Made by a program: the position numbers and the translations under genes | The notes under the pieces: generated by a model | Database searches by the model: none | The model's input: the letters and a program-made list of their open reading frames with translations, nothing else | What the model was told of the DNA's origin: nothing | Origin: an uncultured Spirochaetaceae bacterium | GTDB lineage: Bacteria; Spirochaetota; Spirochaetia; SZUA-6; RPPD01 | Reading direction: 5' to 3' | Assembly (NCBI GenBank): GCA_964554445.1 | Contig: CAZKOS010000002.1 | Coordinates: 35,293-79,791, forward strand | Length of the DNA stretch: 44,499 nt | Part shown: in pieces, positions 8,440-16,286 of the stretch | Layout: the number at the start of each line of letters is the position of its first letter | Numbering within the stretch: position 1 is the first letter of the stretch

Positions 8440-8922
8440 ATGAAAAGAGTCGTCCTGCCGGGGACGTTCGATCCGCCGACATACGGGCACATCAACGTCG
8501 TCTCCCGCGCCGCAAATATTTTCGATCATATCGAGCTCGTCATCGCCGTCAATCCGGAGAAAAAGACCTTCTTTACGCCGGAGGAGCGCTTGGACATGAT
8601 GAAAGAGCTCGTCGGCGGCTTCGCCAATGTGACCGTCCACCTGTGGAAAGGACTGATCGTCGATTTCGCCGAAAAAGTGGGGGCCAACATCATCATTCGC
8701 GGAGTGCGGGCCCTCATCGATTTCAATTACGAATTCGAGCTTTCCCTCATGAACAAGGCCCTCCACCCGGGCATTGAAACGATCCTCCTCCCCACCGATC
8801 AGAAGTACTTCGTCCTGCGTTCCTCCGCCATCAAGGAAGTGGCCGGTTTCAACGGAGACATTTCGGGCATGGTCCCTCCCCTGGTGGAGAAGGCCCTGAA
8901 AACCAAACTAAAGACTTATTGA
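8440..8922 (+). CDS. coaD: phosphopantetheine adenylyltransferase
   Basis: 160 aa; GTFDPPTYGHINVV (T/HxGH nucleotidyltransferase motif) and SSAIKEVA motifs. Confidence 0.95.
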   Translation: MKRVVLPGTFDPPTYGHINVVSRAANIFDHIELVIAVNPEKKTFFTPEERLDMMKELVGGFANVTVHLWKGLIVDFAEKVGANIIIRGVRALIDFNYEFELSLMNKALHPGIETILLPTDQKYFVLRSSAIKEVAGFNGDISGMVPPLVEKALKTKLKTY

Positions 8923-8947
8923 CATTTTATGTACAATTGGGTAATTT
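8919..8947 (+). promoter_or_regulatory. putative sigma70 promoter of rpmF-acpP-rnc
   Basis: TTGACA 8919-8924 (overlaps the coaD stop), 17-nt spacer, TAATTT 8942-8947. About 130-nt leader to rpmF. Confidence 0.45.
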
Positions 8948-9084
8948 TGGGAGGCTTAAAGATGGCGTTCAGTCGGACCTTTCGCCGGAAATGAACCGTC
9001 CATCTCATAATCTTGAGACAGTCTTACACTCGCCCGTCGGGGCGCGGTTCTGACGCTTATACGGAATGATCGAGGAAGAGGAAC

Positions 9085-9273
9085 ATGGCAGTACCGAAGT
9101 ATAAAACATCAAAATCGAGGACTCGGCGCCGCCGGGCGGCGAACATGAAAATGGTAGTTCCGACGCTCGTCGAATGCTCGAATTGCGGAAACCGCGTTCT
9201 CATGCATCACGTGTGCACCAAGTGCGGCTTTTACCGGGGGAAACAGATACTGAAGCCTGAGGAATTGGCTTAA
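9085..9273 (+). CDS. rpmF: 50S ribosomal protein L32
   Basis: 62 aa. MAVPKYKTSKSRTRRRRA N-terminus and C-x-x-C...C-x-x-C zinc ribbon. Confidence 0.95.
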   Translation: MAVPKYKTSKSRTRRRRAANMKMVVPTLVECSNCGNRVLMHHVCTKCGFYRGKQILKPEELA

Positions 9274-9310
9274 CAACATACCACCAATCTCAATCTTAAG
9301 GAGACGCAAA

Positions 9311-9559
9311 ATGGATAAGAATGAACTCTTTGGTAAAATGAAAAAGCTCATCGCCGAGCGCCTGGAGATCGACGAAAGCAAAATCACGGCCGGCTCGTCC
9401 TTCCGCGACGACCTCGGGGCGGACAGCCTGGACACGTATGAGCTCGTGTACGCCATCGAAGAAGAGCTCGGGATCACCATCCCGGACGAAAAGGCCAATG
9501 ACTTCAATACGGTGGGTGACGCCCTGGAGTTTATCAATTCGGAACTGGCCAAGAAATAG
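9311..9559 (+). CDS. acpP: acyl carrier protein
   Basis: 82 aa with the phosphopantetheine attachment motif LGADSLDTYELV. AAGGAG RBS. Confidence 0.95.
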   Translation: MDKNELFGKMKKLIAERLEIDESKITAGSSFRDDLGADSLDTYELVYAIEEELGITIPDEKANDFNTVGDALEFINSELAKK

Positions 9560-9570
9560 TTCCGGCCCCG

Positions 9571-10350
9571 ATGAACTATTACAGCCATTTTCAATTACCG
9601 CCGATCGACGGCGTGCGTAAAAAAGAGCTCAAGCTCTTCGAAAAACTGATCGGGATTCGCTTCAAGAATCTCGAGCATTTGAACCTGGCTTTTTCGCACC
9701 GCTCGTTCGCCCACGAATCGGACGGCGAAGTCGATTCCAACGAACGGCTGGAATTCCTGGGCGATTCGGTGCTCGGTCTCATCGTGAGCGAGTACCTGTA
9801 TCACGTTCTCGCCGACAAGAACGAAGGCGATCTGGCGAAGATAAAATCCTTCGTCGTCAGCGAGGACGTCCTCTCCATGCTCTCGCAGAAAATCAGGGTC
9901 GACAATTACATCCTCATCGGCAAGGGCGAGGAGTATTCGGGCGGCAGGAGCAAGAAGACGCTCCTCGCCGACGCCCTGGAGGCGATCATCGGCGCGTATT
10001 ACGTCGACAGCGGGTACGCCCCGGTGAAGGAATTCGTCCTCGGTCTTCTCATCCCCGAGATCGACAAGGTCGTTCAGGACAAACACAAAAAAGACTATAA
10101 AAGCCTGCTGCAGGAATACGTGCAGAAACGGTTCAAATCCTACCCGCGGTACATGGTGGTCGAACGAACCGGCCCCGACCACGACCGGACCTTTGTGATT
10201 GAGGTCGTCATTCACAACAAGGGATACGGCAAGGGAGAGGGCAAGAACAAGAAAGAGGCGGAGCAGCAGGCGGCGGGCGTCGCCTACAACGCCCTCACCG
10301 GCAAAGAGACGCCGCGGACCGCGAAGAAGGACAATCAGTCCCGCCGCTGA
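9571..10350 (+). CDS. rnc: ribonuclease III
   Basis: 259 aa. ERLEFLGDSVLGLIVSEYLY RNase III signature plus a C-terminal dsRBD (KDYKSLLQEY...GEGKNKKEAEQQAA). Confidence 0.96.
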   Translation: MNYYSHFQLPPIDGVRKKELKLFEKLIGIRFKNLEHLNLAFSHRSFAHESDGEVDSNERLEFLGDSVLGLIVSEYLYHVLADKNEGDLAKIKSFVVSEDVLSMLSQKIRVDNYILIGKGEEYSGGRSKKTLLADALEAIIGAYYVDSGYAPVKEFVLGLLIPEIDKVVQDKHKKDYKSLLQEYVQKRFKSYPRYMVVERTGPDHDRTFVIEVVIHNKGYGKGEGKNKKEAEQQAAGVAYNALTGKETPRTAKKDNQSRR

Positions 10351-10357
10351 GCGGCGG
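10341..10357. terminator. short GC hairpin spanning the rnc stop codon between convergent rnc and cca
   Basis: CCGCCGC-TGA-GCGGCGG. No U tract on either strand, so function is uncertain. Confidence 0.3.
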
Positions 10358-10363
10358 CGGCCT

Positions 10364-11716
10364 TCAGGGAAGCCGCTCCTCCCGGAAGCGGCGCGCCAGC
10401 TTGAGCAACCGGCCCCGCTCGTTCATGGCGGGATCGTCGAGAACGCTTTCCAGCAGAAAATTTAAAATCACCCCCACCGTCCGGCCCTCCGTCAGCCGCA
10501 ACTCCCGGATGATATCGTCCCCGTTCACGGCCAGGTCCTTGAGTGAGAGGGCGTGGGACGCCGCCAGCAGCGCGTCGATGCGCCGTTCGAATTCGAGGAG
10601 GGGCAGGGGATCGACCGGGCGCCGGCACATGCCGTACTGGTCGGCGCGCCGCAGCGCGAAAAGGTCGCGCAGGTGCTCCCGGCCCACCCGGCGCACGAAA
10701 CGGCGGACGGCCGCGTCCGTCCAGGTTTCCTCATACAGCCACATGTGGCACCGGATCAGGTGCGCCGCCTTTTCCACGACCCGGCCCGGGTAGCGGAGGC
10801 GGGTCAGGATATCGCGCGCCATCCGGGCGCCGGTTTTTTCATGCGCATAAAAGCATGGCTCCCCCCTCTGGTTGACGGAACGGGTGGGGGGCTTTCCGAC
10901 GTCGTGCAGGAGCGCCGCCAGGCGCACCTCCAGGTTGTCGGCCGGCGCCCCGTCGCAGGCGTAGAGGGAATGGGTGAAAACGTCGAAGCAATGGAGGGCG
11001 GGTTGCCCGACGCCGCGGCAGGCCTCGAGCTCGGGCAGGAGGAGACCGAGGATGCCCAGGCGGCCCAGGACGGCAAGGCCGGCGGAGGGCTCGGCGGTTT
11101 CGAGAATCTTGCTGATTTCGTCCCGCACGCGCTCGCTCGCGATCTGCGTGAGGAGCCCGGCGTTGGCGGCCAGGGCTTCGTAGGTGGCGGGCTCGATGGA
11201 AAATCCGAGTTGAGACGCAATGCGGACGGCGCGCAGGATGCGCAGCGCGTCCTCGCGCAGGCGCTCGCCCGCGTCGCCGATGGCCCGGATGATCTTGCGG
11301 CCGAGGTCGTCCTTCCCCCCGAACGGATCCACGAGCCCGCCCGTGGAGAGGTCGTACGCCATGGCATTGACGGTGAAGTCGCGCCGTCCCAGGTCCTCGA
11401 CGATGTCGGCGGTCCAGGTCACCGTTTCCGGCCGGCGCCGGTCCCGGTACTCGCCCTCCAGCCGGAACGTGGTCACCTCGTACTGGCCGCCTCCCTCGAG
11501 GACGGTGACGGTGCCGTGCTTGACACCCGTCGGAATCACGCGGGGGAAGAGGCCCATCACTTCGGCGGGAGAGGCGTCGGTGGCCAGGTCGTAATCCTTC
11601 ACCTCCCGTCCGAGAATGGCGTCCCGCACCGCTCCGCCGACCAGGTAGACCTGGAAGCGGCGGGAGAGCAAGCGGCGGACTATTTTTTTGAGGCCTTCGG
11701 GCTGGCGGATTTTCAT
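10364..11716 (-). CDS. cca: CCA-adding enzyme / tRNA nucleotidyltransferase with HD domain
   Basis: Start set at MKIRQPEGL. VYLVGGAVRDAILGR..DYDLAT nucleotidyltransferase motif and LLHDVGKP HD motif. The upstream 64 codons of the track ORF run through repeat element A and are rejected. Confidence 0.92.
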   Translation of the reverse strand: MKIRQPEGLKKIVRRLLSRRFQVYLVGGAVRDAILGREVKDYDLATDASPAEVMGLFPRVIPTGVKHGTVTVLEGGGQYEVTTFRLEGEYRDRRRPETVTWTADIVEDLGRRDFTVNAMAYDLSTGGLVDPFGGKDDLGRKIIRAIGDAGERLREDALRILRAVRIASQLGFSIEPATYEALAANAGLLTQIASERVRDEISKILETAEPSAGLAVLGRLGILGLLLPELEACRGVGQPALHCFDVFTHSLYACDGAPADNLEVRLAALLHDVGKPPTRSVNQRGEPCFYAHEKTGARMARDILTRLRYPGRVVEKAAHLIRCHMWLYEETWTDAAVRRFVRRVGREHLRDLFALRRADQYGMCRRPVDPLPLLEFERRIDALLAASHALSLKDLAVNGDDIIRELRLTEGRTVGVILNFLLESVLDDPAMNERGRLLKLARRFREERLP

Positions 11717-11725
11717 CGTCCTGTG

Positions 11726-11754
11726 ATCGTAGGGTGGGGGGACCTTCTTGTCAA
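11726..11754 (-). promoter_or_regulatory. putative sigma70 promoter of cca (leaderless-type spacing)
   Basis: Minus strand: TTGACA (11754-11749), 17-nt spacer, TACGAT (11731-11726). Only 9 nt to the ATG at 11716, and no SD. Confidence 0.45.
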
Positions 11755-11756
11755 GG

Positions 11757-11959
11757 AAAGGGAACCACCGATTGCGCCGATGAAGACCGATGACACCGAT
11801 GAAGAAAAAGGGGAAGCTAAGGAAGCCAGGAAACCAGGAAAATGAACCACGGATAACAAAACGAGAAAGGATTTGTGAGCAGACAGGCCGCGCTCTTCTT
11901 ATTTTCACTCCTCCATCGGTGTCATCGGTTCCTATCGGTGTTCATCGGTGGTTCCCTTT
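11757..11959. repeat. composite palindromic element A: inverted arrays of CCGAT(G) short units around a ~105-nt spacer
   Basis: Arms 11757-11804 and 11910-11959 are reverse complements. Blocks aaagggaaccaccgat and ccgatgacaccgatg are identical; there is one indel. Each arm holds four 9-10 nt units. Confidence 0.85.
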
Positions 11960-11971
11960 TGGAACAAGGCG

Positions 11972-12011
11972 AAAAAAAGGCGCCGGTGGCCTTCGAAAGA
12001 CCGCCGGCGCC
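11972..12011 (-). terminator. rho-independent terminator of flaB
   Basis: Minus strand: GGCGCCGGCGG / CCACCGGCGCC 11-bp stem (1 mismatch) followed by TTTTTTT, about 24 nt after the flaB stop. Confidence 0.8.
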
Positions 12012-12034
12012 CGAAAAAAATTTCTTGATATTAT

Positions 12035-12907
12035 TTACTTCAACAGCTGGAGAATCGCCTGGGGCCGGGTATTGGCCTGGGCGAGCATGGCGGTGGACGA
12101 CTGGACCAGCACCTGGTCCTTCACGTATTTGACCATTTCGTAGGCCATGTCCGCGTCCCGGATGCGGGATTCGGCGGCCTGCAGGTTTTCCGCGCCGGTC
12201 ATGAGACCGACGATGGTGTGGTCGAGCCGGTTCTGGTAGGCGCCGAGGTCGGCCCGCTGCTTGCTCACCTTCTGCAGGGCGGAGTCGATGAGACCGATGG
12301 CGCGGTTGGCCCCGTCGGGAGTGGCCACGGAGATGAAGGTCGCGAACCCGGGGAGCCCGTCGGTGCCCTGGATCCCCAATCCCTGGGCCGTCATGGTGCC
12401 GATATACACGCGCTTGCGCTGGTCCATGTTGGCGCCGATGTGGAACCACATGCTCGCGGTGAAAGTGTTCTCCCCGGTGAAGCGCGCGAAGCGTCCGGTC
12501 AGGAAGTTCATCCCGTTGAACTGGGCGTGCGAGGCGATGCGGTTGATTTCGTCCACCATCTGCGAGACTTCGACCTGGATCTGCATCCGGTCTTCGTCCG
12601 AGTAGATGCCGTTGGACGCCTGGACGGACAACTCGCGGAGGCGCTGGAGGATGTCCTGGCTTTCCTGCAGGTAGCCTTCCGCCGTCTGGATGAACGAAAT
12701 GCCGTCCTCGGCGTTTTTTTCGGCCCGGTTGAGGCCTCGGATCTGGGATCTCATTTTCTCAGATACGGCCAGGCCGGAGGGATCGTCGCCCGCCCGTGTG
12801 ATGCGGAGGCCGGACGAGAGTTTTTCCATGTCCTTGTCGGCCGCTTCGCTGTTGAATTTCAAGTACCTGAAGGCGAACAAGGCACTCATGTTGTGGTTGA
12901 TGATCAT
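12035..12907 (-). CDS. flaB: flagellar filament core protein FlaB (spirochete flagellin)
   Basis: 290 aa. [14 protein letters not shown]...[27 protein letters not shown]-terminus and [25 protein letters not shown]-terminus are characteristic of spirochetal FlaB. AAGGAGGA RBS. Confidence 0.96.
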   Translation of the reverse strand: MIINHNMSALFAFRYLKFNSEAADKDMEKLSSGLRITRAGDDPSGLAVSEKMRSQIRGLNRAEKNAEDGISFIQTAEGYLQESQDILQRLRELSVQASNGIYSDEDRMQIQVEVSQMVDEINRIASHAQFNGMNFLTGRFARFTGENTFTASMWFHIGANMDQRKRVYIGTMTAQGLGIQGTDGLPGFATFISVATPDGANRAIGLIDSALQKVSKQRADLGAYQNRLDHTIVGLMTGAENLQAAESRIRDADMAYEMVKYVKDQVLVQSSTAMLAQANTRPQAILQLLK

Positions 12908-12934
12908 ACAATCCTCCTTGATTGCGTTGAGAGA

Positions 12935-12952
12935 CTGGACGTCCCTGTCCAG
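12935..12952 (-). promoter_or_regulatory. hairpin in the flaB 5' UTR presenting a GGA-containing loop (candidate CsrA site)
   Basis: Minus strand: CTGGAC-AGGGAC-GTCCAG. A second GGA lies in the SD AAGGAGGA. Confidence 0.35.
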
Positions 12953-12966
12953 TGATGCCTATTGAA

Positions 12967-12993
12967 TATTTCGGAAAATAAAAAAAATGCTTA
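12967..12993 (-). promoter_or_regulatory. putative sigma28 (FliA)-type promoter of flaB
   Basis: Minus strand: TAAG-N15-CCGAAATA, against the consensus TAAA-N15-GCCGATAA. About 59 nt upstream of the ATG. Confidence 0.45.
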
Positions 12994-13020
12994 ATAGAAA
13001 AAAAGAAAAAATAACCGTAC

Positions 13021-13049
13021 TTGACAAGCCGAATTCAATCACATAAGCT
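13021..13049 (+). promoter_or_regulatory. putative sigma70 promoter of the SDR/GNAT pair
   Basis: TTGACA 13021-13026, 17-nt spacer, TAAGCT 13044-13049. Confidence 0.45.
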
Positions 13050-13096
13050 CGTTTCGAATCAGCAAAGAGAAAAGTTCTCATACCATCCGGAGGTCG

Positions 13097-13936
13097 ATGA
13101 TGAAGATTAAAAATTTCGAGGGAAAATCCGTGTTTCTGACGGGGGGAAGCGAGGGCATCGGTCTCGCCCTGGCCCGGGCCTTCTCGCAAGCAGGCGCCCA
13201 CGTCGTCATTTTTTCGCGCTCCGACGACAAACTGAAAAAAGCCGTCGCCGCGACCGAGAAGGTGAGGAAAAATGCGTCGCAGCGGATCGGATCATTCAAG
13301 CTGGACGTCACCAATGAAGCCGCCGTGAAGAAGGTCTTGAGCGAAGCGGTCCGCGAGTACGGCGTGCCGGACGTTTTCGTGAACAATGCCGGGCGGTCGC
13401 TGCCCAATTATTTCGAACAAATTCCCTCCAGCCAGCTGGAGGAGATCATGCGCGTCAACCTCTACGGCGTCTGGTACACCCTTTCCGCGATCCTGCCGCA
13501 CATGAAGGCGAAAGGCGGATACGTCGTCAACACCTCCTCCATGTCCGGCTTCATGGGCGTGTTCGGTTACGCCGATTACACCGCGTCCAAATTCGCCGTC
13601 ATCGGCCTCACCGAAGTGCTGCGCAGCGAATACTTGAAGCACAACATCACGTTCTCCGTCCTGTGCCCCTCCGACATCGACACTCCCGGTTTCAAGGAAG
13701 AGAACAAGCACAAGCCGCCGGAGACCATGGCCGCCACCGGCAACGCCAAGCTGATGCGTCCGGAAGCGGTCGCCGGAGCCTGCCTCAAGGGCATGAAGAA
13801 GGGGAAGTTCGTCATCATCCCGGGCAGTACGCCCCGGCTCGGATATTTCATCAAGCGGCACTGGCCCGGGCTGTTGATGTCCATGTTTGACGGCGACGTC
13901 AAAAAAGCCCAGAAGAAAATGGCGAAGGGGAAATAA
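13097..13936 (+). CDS. classical short-chain dehydrogenase, 3-ketodihydrosphingosine reductase (KDSR/Tsc10)-like
   Basis: 279 aa. TGGSEGIG cofactor motif and Y-x-x-x-K (YTASK). The block CPSDIDTPGFKEENKHKPPET closely resembles the KDSR family block [20 protein letters not shown], recalled from memory. The start may be the second ATG at 13100. Confidence 0.9.
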   Translation: MMKIKNFEGKSVFLTGGSEGIGLALARAFSQAGAHVVIFSRSDDKLKKAVAATEKVRKNASQRIGSFKLDVTNEAAVKKVLSEAVREYGVPDVFVNNAGRSLPNYFEQIPSSQLEEIMRVNLYGVWYTLSAILPHMKAKGGYVVNTSSMSGFMGVFGYADYTASKFAVIGLTEVLRSEYLKHNITFSVLCPSDIDTPGFKEENKHKPPETMAATGNAKLMRPEAVAGACLKGMKKGKFVIIPGSTPRLGYFIKRHWPGLLMSMFDGDVKKAQKKMAKGK

Positions 13937-15076
13937 ATGAGCGAGCAAACCGTCGTTCGGCCGGTCCGGACGAAAAAGGAACACAACCTGTTCATCAATT
14001 TTCCCTATATCCTCTATAAAAAAATACTCAAGAACCCGTACTGGGCGGGGCCGCTCCGGATCGATGAGAAGACGCTCATGAACAGGCGCAAACATCCGTT
14101 TTACCGGCACGCCACGATGCAGCAGTTCCTCGCCTGGCGGGGGAAGAAGGTGGTCGGAAGGATCGCGGGCATCATCGACGAGCAATACCACACCTACCGC
14201 GAGAAGGACGTGGCCTACTTCGGCTTTTTCGAATGCGTCAATGACCGGGATACCGCCTTCGCCTTGTTCGACGCCGCCCTCTCCTGGGCGCGCGAGCGGG
14301 GGATGAAGCGGGCGATCGGTCCCATCAGCCCCCATACGAATCACATCCTGGCCGTTCTGCAGAACGATTTCAACGGCGTACCCATGATTCAGGTCCCCTA
14401 CAACCCCGACTATTACCCGGCCCTCTACGACGGTTACGGGTTCGGCAAAGAGAAGGATCACCTCGCCTTTATCGTGCACCGGGACAAACTGAAGCTTTCG
14501 GACAAGATCAAGCGGGTGGCCGAGGTGGTGCGGAAAAGGCAGCGGATCGAAATCACGACCCCGGACATGCGGAAATTCGGCGATCTCGTCAAGGAGGTCA
14601 AGGAGCTCTATAACCAGACCTGGTCCGAGAACTCGGATTTCGTCCCCTGGACGGACGAGGAATTCGATTTCATGGCAAAGGATCTCAAGCTCGTGATCGT
14701 TCCCGAGCTCACGTTCATCGCCCGCATTGACGGAAAACTGGTCGGCATCTCGATCACCCTGTACAACATCAATGAAATCCTCGCGAAGATGAACGGGCGC
14801 CTGTTCCCCACCGGCATCTTCAAGCTCCTCTTCGGTTTGAAGAAGATCAAGAACGTCCGGTTGGCGATTCTGGGCGTGCATCCCTCCTGCCGGAACATGG
14901 GGATCGACGCCGCTTTTGTCATGGAGACCTACGAGCGCGGCGTGAAGCTGGGATACGAAACGTGCGAGATGTCGCTCATCCTCGAGGACAACGTTCCGCT
15001 GGTCAACATGCTCAAGAAATGGGGCGCTCCCGTCTACCGGACGTATCGGGTGTACTGCAAAGACCTGTCCTCCTGA
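13937..15076 (+). CDS. large (two-lobed) GNAT-fold N-acyltransferase-like protein
   Basis: 379 aa. ATG immediately follows the SDR stop (TAA-ATG). C-terminal GNAT motif A-like LAILGVHPSCRNMGIDAAF. N-terminal half has GRIAGIID...YFGFFECV. Confidence 0.75.
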   Translation: MSEQTVVRPVRTKKEHNLFINFPYILYKKILKNPYWAGPLRIDEKTLMNRRKHPFYRHATMQQFLAWRGKKVVGRIAGIIDEQYHTYREKDVAYFGFFECVNDRDTAFALFDAALSWARERGMKRAIGPISPHTNHILAVLQNDFNGVPMIQVPYNPDYYPALYDGYGFGKEKDHLAFIVHRDKLKLSDKIKRVAEVVRKRQRIEITTPDMRKFGDLVKEVKELYNQTWSENSDFVPWTDEEFDFMAKDLKLVIVPELTFIARIDGKLVGISITLYNINEILAKMNGRLFPTGIFKLLFGLKKIKNVRLAILGVHPSCRNMGIDAAFVMETYERGVKLGYETCEMSLILEDNVPLVNMLKKWGAPVYRTYRVYCKDLSS

Positions 15077-15156
15077 AGGCGGCCGTACCTCCTCACGAGC
15101 GCGCTCCCTCCGGCCGGCGAAATCGACCCTCATTTCTCCGCCTCCTCCATTCTTCC

Positions 15157-15185
15157 TTGTAAAGCGGCATCGAACCGCGTATAAT
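15157..15185 (+). promoter_or_regulatory. putative sigma70 promoter
   Basis: TTGTAA 15157-15162, 17-nt spacer, TATAAT 15180-15185. Confidence 0.5.
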
Positions 15186-15247
15186 TGAAAAAGTCGCCGA
15201 TGCGACGATTCTTCTTGAGAAATACGATCCGCGTCGGCGGATGAAAG

Positions 15248-15610
15248 GTGCGTTTTCGCGTGGAGGATGTCGCTCGGGTACTCACGGATTGGCATGTGCT
15301 CCTGATCGCCGGCTGCCTGCTCGTGGTCTTGCCGCTGGTTTTTTATCTCTCGTCGCTGGATAAAACTCCGGTCAGGGTAAGAAGGATCGCAATCCGGGAA
15401 AGAAAGTATCGACGAGCGCCGGCCGCCCCGCGAGCGCCGGAAGAAAAGCGACGCCCGCCGGCTTCCCGGCGCGGGGCCCCCGCGCGGAGACCGGGAAGGG
15501 CCGGCCCCCGGCTGCCGGACGACGACGAGGGGGCGCCCGCGCCGGAAAGGCGGTCCGGCCGTGCGACGGACGGTGAAGGGAAATTCGATGAACCGGAGGG
15601 GATGTTGTGA
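15248..15610 (+). CDS. hypothetical membrane-anchored protein with Arg/Pro-rich tail
   Basis: 120-aa ORF (GTG start). One predicted TM helix (WHVLLIAGCLLVVLPLVFYL), then low-complexity R/P/A sequence. Coding status uncertain. Confidence 0.35.
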   Translation: MRFRVEDVARVLTDWHVLLIAGCLLVVLPLVFYLSSLDKTPVRVRRIAIRERKYRRAPAAPRAPEEKRRPPASRRGAPARRPGRAGPRLPDDDEGAPAPERRSGRATDGEGKFDEPEGML

Positions 15611-15632
15611 CGGATCGAGGGGGGACGGACGG

Positions 15633-16256
15633 ATGCGTTGGTTGATCGGCGCGGCCGGCATCGGCCTCGTTCTGTTGCTGTCATCCTGCCTGGGAGTCGA
15701 GGCGTCCATCGCGTTGAACGACAACGGCTCGGGGAGAGCGGCGTTCCGCTACCGGGTTTCAAAAATGTTCGCCGGTCTCCCGAAACGTCCCGGCGGAGCG
15801 GAAGGGCCGCGCCCGGCGCTTCCGGCCGCGCGGGGGGATCTGGAACGGACCATCGCCCGGGCGAAGGGAGTGTCCCTGTCGGGAGTGGAGCGGACGGAGA
15901 CGGACGCCGACGTCGGGCTTGCGGGCGAAATCAGGTTCGACAGCGTGGCCGCCCTGAACTCAAGCGGCCTCTTCGACGAAATGCCGATCGGGCTCACCCG
16001 GGAAGGCGGCGGGACGATCTTCACGCTGCTTGTGTCCGACCGGAGGGAGCCGCTCGATCAAACCGCCGTCGAGGCGTACCGGGCGCTGTTCGCGGGATAC
16101 GATCTCGTCTTCAGGATCACGGCTCCGCGGGAGATTGTTTCTCCGGTCCCGCCGCGGGGCACCCTCTCGGCGGACAAAAAAACCCTTACCTACGCCATCA
16201 GCCTGTTCGACTATATGCAGCTTTCTGAAAAAACGGAGGTGCGCGTCGGCTGGTAG
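15633..16256 (+). CDS. lipoprotein, unknown function
   Basis: Start set at MRWLIGAAGIGLVLLLSSC (lipobox LSSC); 207 aa. Confidence 0.6.
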   Translation: MRWLIGAAGIGLVLLLSSCLGVEASIALNDNGSGRAAFRYRVSKMFAGLPKRPGGAEGPRPALPAARGDLERTIARAKGVSLSGVERTETDADVGLAGEIRFDSVAALNSSGLFDEMPIGLTREGGGTIFTLLVSDRREPLDQTAVEAYRALFAGYDLVFRITAPREIVSPVPPRGTLSADKKTLTYAISLFDYMQLSEKTEVRVGW

Positions 16257-16286
16257 CCGCCGCGCGTTTTCACGCCTGGAGGGATC

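Noticed and set aside
8293-8766. N-terminal 158 codons of track ORF 7786..8766
   Set aside because: This part is antisense to coaD. A Met followed by a signal peptide and lipobox at 8292 gives a sensible lipoprotein start.
8962-8994. 10-codon ORF MAFSRTFRRK with a GGGAGG RBS in the rpmF leader
   Set aside because: The RBS sits immediately after the predicted -10 box, so it would be at or before the transcript 5' end. There is no attenuator-like arrangement downstream.
11717-11908. N-terminal 64 codons of the cca track ORF, and plus-strand ORFs 11790..12143 and 11875..12132
   Set aside because: They are translations of repeat element A and the flaB terminator. The canonical Cca N-terminus starts at 11716.
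13292-15724. 810-aa minus-strand ORF, the longest in the track
   Set aside because: It runs antisense through the well-supported SDR and GNAT genes and the following ORF. Its D/E/R/G/V/H/L-rich composition without motifs is typical of a high-GC shadow ORF.
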